From Aureliella sp. (GTDB taxonomy: Bacteria > Planctomycetota > Planctomycetia > Pirellulales > Pirellulaceae), in NCBI GenBank assembly GCA_963691875.1, contig OY829846.1:3968001-4032000 (forward strand): a stretch of 64,000 nucleotides of DNA. The letters are read 5' to 3'. Below, piece by piece: positions 60,114-64,000 of the stretch (the stretch's first letter is position 1; every line of letters starts with the position of its first letter). The translations under genes and the position numbers were made by a program. The notes below the pieces were generated by a model, which saw nothing but the letters and a program-made list of their open reading frames with translations, was not told the DNA's origin and did no database searches.

Positions 60114-60476
60114 CTATTCTCTATCTTTTTGGCGCCCACCCAGATGGTGACCAACCCAAGTTGCGTGCCGGTCCATCAGATCGTTCGTTGTCGACCCGAA
60201 TACAGAGCCGTGATTCGCGAACTGGGTGACTTGAGTCAGAGTTTGGTGACTGTTCTAGATGTGCCCCGCTTCGACACTGGCATTGATCGTTCCTTGGCCC
60301 ATAAAGCCCGCATCGTAGAGCGTTGCACCGAGAAGGGTATTGATGTTGATGCCGTTAGCGAAGATTCCAGGTCTCTTAGAAGCGATGTGATTGATGCCTT
60401 GTCCCTCTTGCGCATCGGCGCGGTGTGAGAGAAATAGCAAAGCTAGGCAAAGTAGGCTTGAGGCTCGGATAGCCAT
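60114..60476 (-). pseudogene. Truncated S8/subtilase-like secreted protease gene with internal nonsense codon
   Basis: Signal peptide, then YDAGFMGQG....VEAGHI*NSHQTL...DRHATWVG..LGGR, then stop at 60114. TAG at 60255-60257; no catalytic-Ser region. Confidence 0.65.
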
Positions 60477-60809
60477 CGTGAACACCTTGATGAAAATTTT
60501 TCCATAATCTGTCATTATTCACAGCCTGCGCCCCCTGAAAGGGTGGTCAAGATGCTGGTCACCCGGATTGGCTTCCAGTTTCGCGCTCTGAATGTTTCTC
60601 GGTCCTGTCGTCTGCATTTGAAACTAGGTCTGCCGGCAGCTCGCCCAAGCACTCCAAAGGCAGGCTTTTTCCCACTAATCTTGACGAGCAGTAGCTCGGG
60701 TTTTTCCTTCTTTGCTCTAGCCAGAATAATCTAGGGGGCGTATTCTTGCATTAAAGGTTGCTACGCGACTTCTTGGTGAGAATCCTCTACTTCTGGAAAA
60801 AGAGCTGAT

Positions 60810-61937
60810 ATGCGTTACGAATTCCGACTAGCTGAGCTTTTAGGGCATACTCCTGATCGCAGAAAGCGGCCGGGTACGATCAAGGCGATTGTCGAATACA
60901 CCGGACTGGATCGCCATCAAGTTGCATCTTTGCTTAAGAACGAAGCCAAGTACATTCCGCTCGAAGCTCTCTCGCGCCTCTGTGATTACCTGGTTGAGCA
61001 CGGCTATGCGAGCGCGGACGAGCTTCCGGGGGTTTTGTTCTCCGTCAAACCCGAACACTTTTGGGAATTGCTTGCGCGACGGCGACGCCTGGAAATCTGC
61101 GTCGGCGTACGTAGACCAGATGACAAGCCGGAAACGGCATGGGTCGTTGCATCCGACGCAGTGTTGCTAGGCGAAGTTCTCAGTGGTGTAACCACTTTGG
61201 GCGGCACCGATAAACTCGCTCGGACACAACCCACTACAACCCGAGACTTGCCAACTCATCCAGAACACATGCGTCAAACGCTGGTTTGGAGCCCTAGCAT
61301 AAATGACGCTGGACCAGCCATTGGGCGCTCGAACAAAGTCTACGAATCTTTCACGTCTTCACCGGGCGACAAAGCACTTATTTGCCTTGGCAGTGTCAAA
61401 AGTAATCCAATCGTCGATCGCGTTATCGCTGATACTTTCTCTGCCGAGCCATTTCAGTCGGAGGACGATGTAAGCAAAGCAAGCGAACGACGTAGTCCAT
61501 TCTTCCTCCGGTATCGAGACAGCGACCCACACGTACCTTGCTGTTCTGCTGGATTGCAGTTGAGCAAGACAGAATCTGCCGATCAACCCGGCATCTACTA
61601 TGAACAAGCGGATGGCACTTGGAAGTATGCTGGTAGCCAAGACTCGGCTTTGGTGTTCTACGTTTATCGTGAGTCCCTGGGACGGCTAGAAATGGTCCTC
61701 AGCGGCTTTAGTGGTCGAGCGACTCGGCTGCTTGCTCGCACGATGGCGAATCGCAGCGAAGAATTCTGGCCTCCGGTCTACCAGGAAAACTACCTGCAAA
61801 TCGGTGCTTTCATTGTTCAGTACGATGCATCCAGTGACGAGAGCGAACAAGACGACATTCTACGAACGGATGAAGTTGGCAATCCAACAATCATTCCATT
61901 GCCTCGCGAAGCCATCGCCCGCCGCATGGAACGCTAG
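60810..61937 (+). CDS. Cro/C1-type HTH protein with large uncharacterised C-terminal domain
   Basis: FRLAELL...IVEYTGLDRHQVASLLKNE..YIPLEALSRLCDYL (HTH_26-like). Confidence 0.8.
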   Translation: MRYEFRLAELLGHTPDRRKRPGTIKAIVEYTGLDRHQVASLLKNEAKYIPLEALSRLCDYLVEHGYASADELPGVLFSVKPEHFWELLARRRRLEICVGVRRPDDKPETAWVVASDAVLLGEVLSGVTTLGGTDKLARTQPTTTRDLPTHPEHMRQTLVWSPSINDAGPAIGRSNKVYESFTSSPGDKALICLGSVKSNPIVDRVIADTFSAEPFQSEDDVSKASERRSPFFLRYRDSDPHVPCCSAGLQLSKTESADQPGIYYEQADGTWKYAGSQDSALVFYVYRESLGRLEMVLSGFSGRATRLLARTMANRSEEFWPPVYQENYLQIGAFIVQYDASSDESEQDDILRTDEVGNPTIIPLPREAIARRMER

Positions 61938-62191
61938 TCAACAAGCCGGTACCACTTTCCGTCTGCATTTGCTCGTCGTAGGTGTTTCTAAGTTGTTTAG
62001 TACTTGCTCCCTAGGCTAGAGTTATCTAGACCACTCAGCGGTCTCCAGGCCGAACTGTCGACTGAAATCGACCGAATGGCCTACGAGTGATCTTGTTCCT
62101 AACTATGGATGCACAGTTCGCCCTGCGATAAAGATGCCGACGTTCGCGCCATCTCAAACGCGGCGCTAGCGATGCACCACGCTGAGCTTTA

Positions 62192-62214
62192 GAAAAGGGG
62201 TCCGGTCTCTTTTC
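62192..62214. terminator. Candidate bidirectional terminator between convergent genes
   Basis: GAAAAGGGG-TCCGG-TCTCTTTTC hairpin with A/T runs at both ends. Confidence 0.5.
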
Positions 62215-62245
62215 ACACCTCGCACACAGGGTTCTCTCCGGTTGG

Positions 62246-63859
62246 CTAACGACTTTTGAGTTCTTCTAAGCGCTCTGATGCTTGTTGGACCTGAGCGGAG
62301 AGTTCTTCGTCATCTTGGTAGAGTTCTAGAATCGACTCCCAGATTTCGCGGGCGGCTACGATGCGAGCATCGTCGTAGGCCTGGTTCGCTTCTTCGAGTT
62401 TCTGGTCGATGTAACTTTGAAGCTTGTTTCCAAGCTCGCCTTCGGCTGCGATAGTCTCGGCTAGGCGATCCAAGGCTTCTTGCGATAGAAAACAAATCGC
62501 TGTAGCTTCTTCATCATCCGTATAAAGTGAGATGACTGCTGTGTAGCGTTTCTGAGCGCTGGGCATGTCTCCAAATTGTTCGAACTCCCATGCATTCCAA
62601 TATTGAACATCTGCGTCAGTCCACTTCGTACGCTCGTTGAATCGATTCTGCCGTTCAAGCTCTCGCCGCTTTTCGCGAGCGCGAATCCAAGCGAGCTGCT
62701 CCGTAGCCCACTCTGTATGCTCACTATCGGGAAAGCGATCCAAAATTTCCGTGAGGTCACTGCGAGCATCTGACCACTGCGTCGGACGTTCTGTCTTCGG
62801 AGGTAAATTAGCCGAGGCTCGGGCATAAAGCGTTGCTTCACTATCGGGAAGCAGGAGCCAAATGATGGCTGCGATGGCCAGAACGAGCCCGGCCGCAAGG
62901 ACCCAAGTCTGTTCCAAAAAGTCGACTTCTTTACGCTTCTTCTTCTTTTTCTTGGGTTTAATACCTAAGACCTTCTCTGCCTCATCACGATTTGTCTGCA
63001 TTTGCAAGGGGCTAAATCCCGATGCAACATGCTGCAAAACACCCACCCCCTCTGATTGACGCTTCTTGGCTTCCTTGAAAGCAAGCAGCAAAGCCGTAGC
63101 GCTAAAGGGGCGGTCTACTGGGTCTCGAGCGAGTAGCTGATTCACGATCGAGCTAAACCACACGGGACAATCGAATGCAAGAGCGGTCACATCAGGCGCG
63201 TCACTGCCGGTCACCCTTTCTTTGAGCTGTTCGGGCGGAACATGAAAAGGGGGCTCGCCGGTCAGCATGAAGTAGAGCAGCGTCCCAAGCGAGTACAGAT
63301 CTGACTTGGCGGTAGGCTCCTCGCCAGCAAAACGCTCGGGTGCAGCGTGCAGCATCATCGCATAGGTGGGTTTCGCGTCGAGCAGAGCTGCTACTTGATC
63401 GCGCCGAAAGTCAGTGAGCTGTGCTCCTGTTTCCTGGCCGATGATAATCTTGTCAGGTTTAATTCTGCCGTGGATCCAATCGCGCTCGTGTGCATACTTT
63501 AGGCCCTCGGCCAATTGCTGGCTGTACTCGAAAACCGTTTCCCAAGGCAAACGTCCTCGTCTTTCAAGCATGGCATCAAGTGATTCTCCGTCCACGATTT
63601 CGTAGGCCAAAAAGGCGGTATTGGCGTCGTAGCCTCCACCAAAACAGCGAACGATTCCCGGGTGCCTAAGTTCTTTGAGCTGCTCGAGCTGTGTAGCAAA
63701 GTCCTGGCGACTTTCCGGCGTCATCCCCATGGGTACCTTGAAGACACGAATGGCGGCAAGTTTGCTTTGCTTTAGATGCACACCTCGAAACACCTGAGCT
63801 TTACTGCGGCTCGAAGATAAGGGAGCTTCTAGGGCAAAGGGGCCAATTCGAGACTTCAC
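62246..63859 (-). CDS. Membrane-anchored Ser/Thr kinase-like protein with degenerate catalytic motifs (pseudokinase)
   Basis: Kinase fold retained (LRHPGIV, AAPE, SDLYSLG, RP). No Gly-rich loop; VAIK becomes AAIR, HRDLKPxN becomes HGRIKPDK, DFG becomes DFR. TM helix then TPR-like helical domain. Confidence 0.85.
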   Translation of the reverse strand: MKSRIGPFALEAPLSSSRSKAQVFRGVHLKQSKLAAIRVFKVPMGMTPESRQDFATQLEQLKELRHPGIVRCFGGGYDANTAFLAYEIVDGESLDAMLERRGRLPWETVFEYSQQLAEGLKYAHERDWIHGRIKPDKIIIGQETGAQLTDFRRDQVAALLDAKPTYAMMLHAAPERFAGEEPTAKSDLYSLGTLLYFMLTGEPPFHVPPEQLKERVTGSDAPDVTALAFDCPVWFSSIVNQLLARDPVDRPFSATALLLAFKEAKKRQSEGVGVLQHVASGFSPLQMQTNRDEAEKVLGIKPKKKKKKRKEVDFLEQTWVLAAGLVLAIAAIIWLLLPDSEATLYARASANLPPKTERPTQWSDARSDLTEILDRFPDSEHTEWATEQLAWIRAREKRRELERQNRFNERTKWTDADVQYWNAWEFEQFGDMPSAQKRYTAVISLYTDDEEATAICFLSQEALDRLAETIAAEGELGNKLQSYIDQKLEEANQAYDDARIVAAREIWESILELYQDDEELSAQVQQASERLEELKSR

Positions 63860-64000
63860 GGGGTTGCGGGCTCAATCAAGGACAAATGGCAAGGAGATCG
63901 TGGCGATCGAGAACGAGCTGTCTATTTTAGTCTCTTGTGGAGTTCGCGGAGTCAGTTTGACGAGACTGAAGTTAAGCTAATCAACGTATGAATCGAAGAA

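Noticed and set aside
60030..60428. 132-aa plus-strand ORF after prfB
   Set aside because: It starts inside the REPIN-like palindrome and is antisense to the subtilase-like remnant.
1..64000. tRNA, rRNA, CRISPR arrays, transposases, integrases, prophage
   Set aside because: None recognised by eye. A covariance-model scan would be needed to exclude small RNAs.

Overview
Gene-dense bacterial chromosomal window. The gene families (DUF6677, DUF4159, barrel-less secretin-N protein, ECF sigma/Ser-Thr kinase pair, sulfatase, PQQ-type propeller protein, BatA/MoxR clusters) suggest Planctomycetota, probably Pirellulales; this is an inference. Housekeeping genes include hflK-hflC, mfd, trkA-trkH, an RNase HII-like gene, argC-argJ-acpS and prfB with its programmed +1 frameshift. 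No rRNA, tRNA, CRISPR array or transposase was recognised. The most interesting block is a tightly coupled operon at 28429-35945. A His/Cys-rich DUF2946-like leader ending in an RAPP ribosome-arrest motif precedes DUF58, a transglutaminase-fold membrane protein with a Ser-His-Glu triad in place of Cys-His-Asp, a MoxR AAA+ ATPase, a His-rich lipoprotein and a DUF318-type permease. Together these form a candidate metal-sensing, chaperone-coupled metal-handling system. A second, Bat-type MoxR cluster lies right next to it. Other points: a 1042-codon secretin-N gene broken by two in-frame stops, two cryptic pseudogenes missed by the ORF track (Wza/Poly_export-like and S8 subtilase-like), a pseudokinase, a nucleotidyltransferase-HD fusion coupled to a Nudix hydrolase, and REP/REPIN-like palindromes. 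All family assignments come from motif recognition by eye, not database searches.
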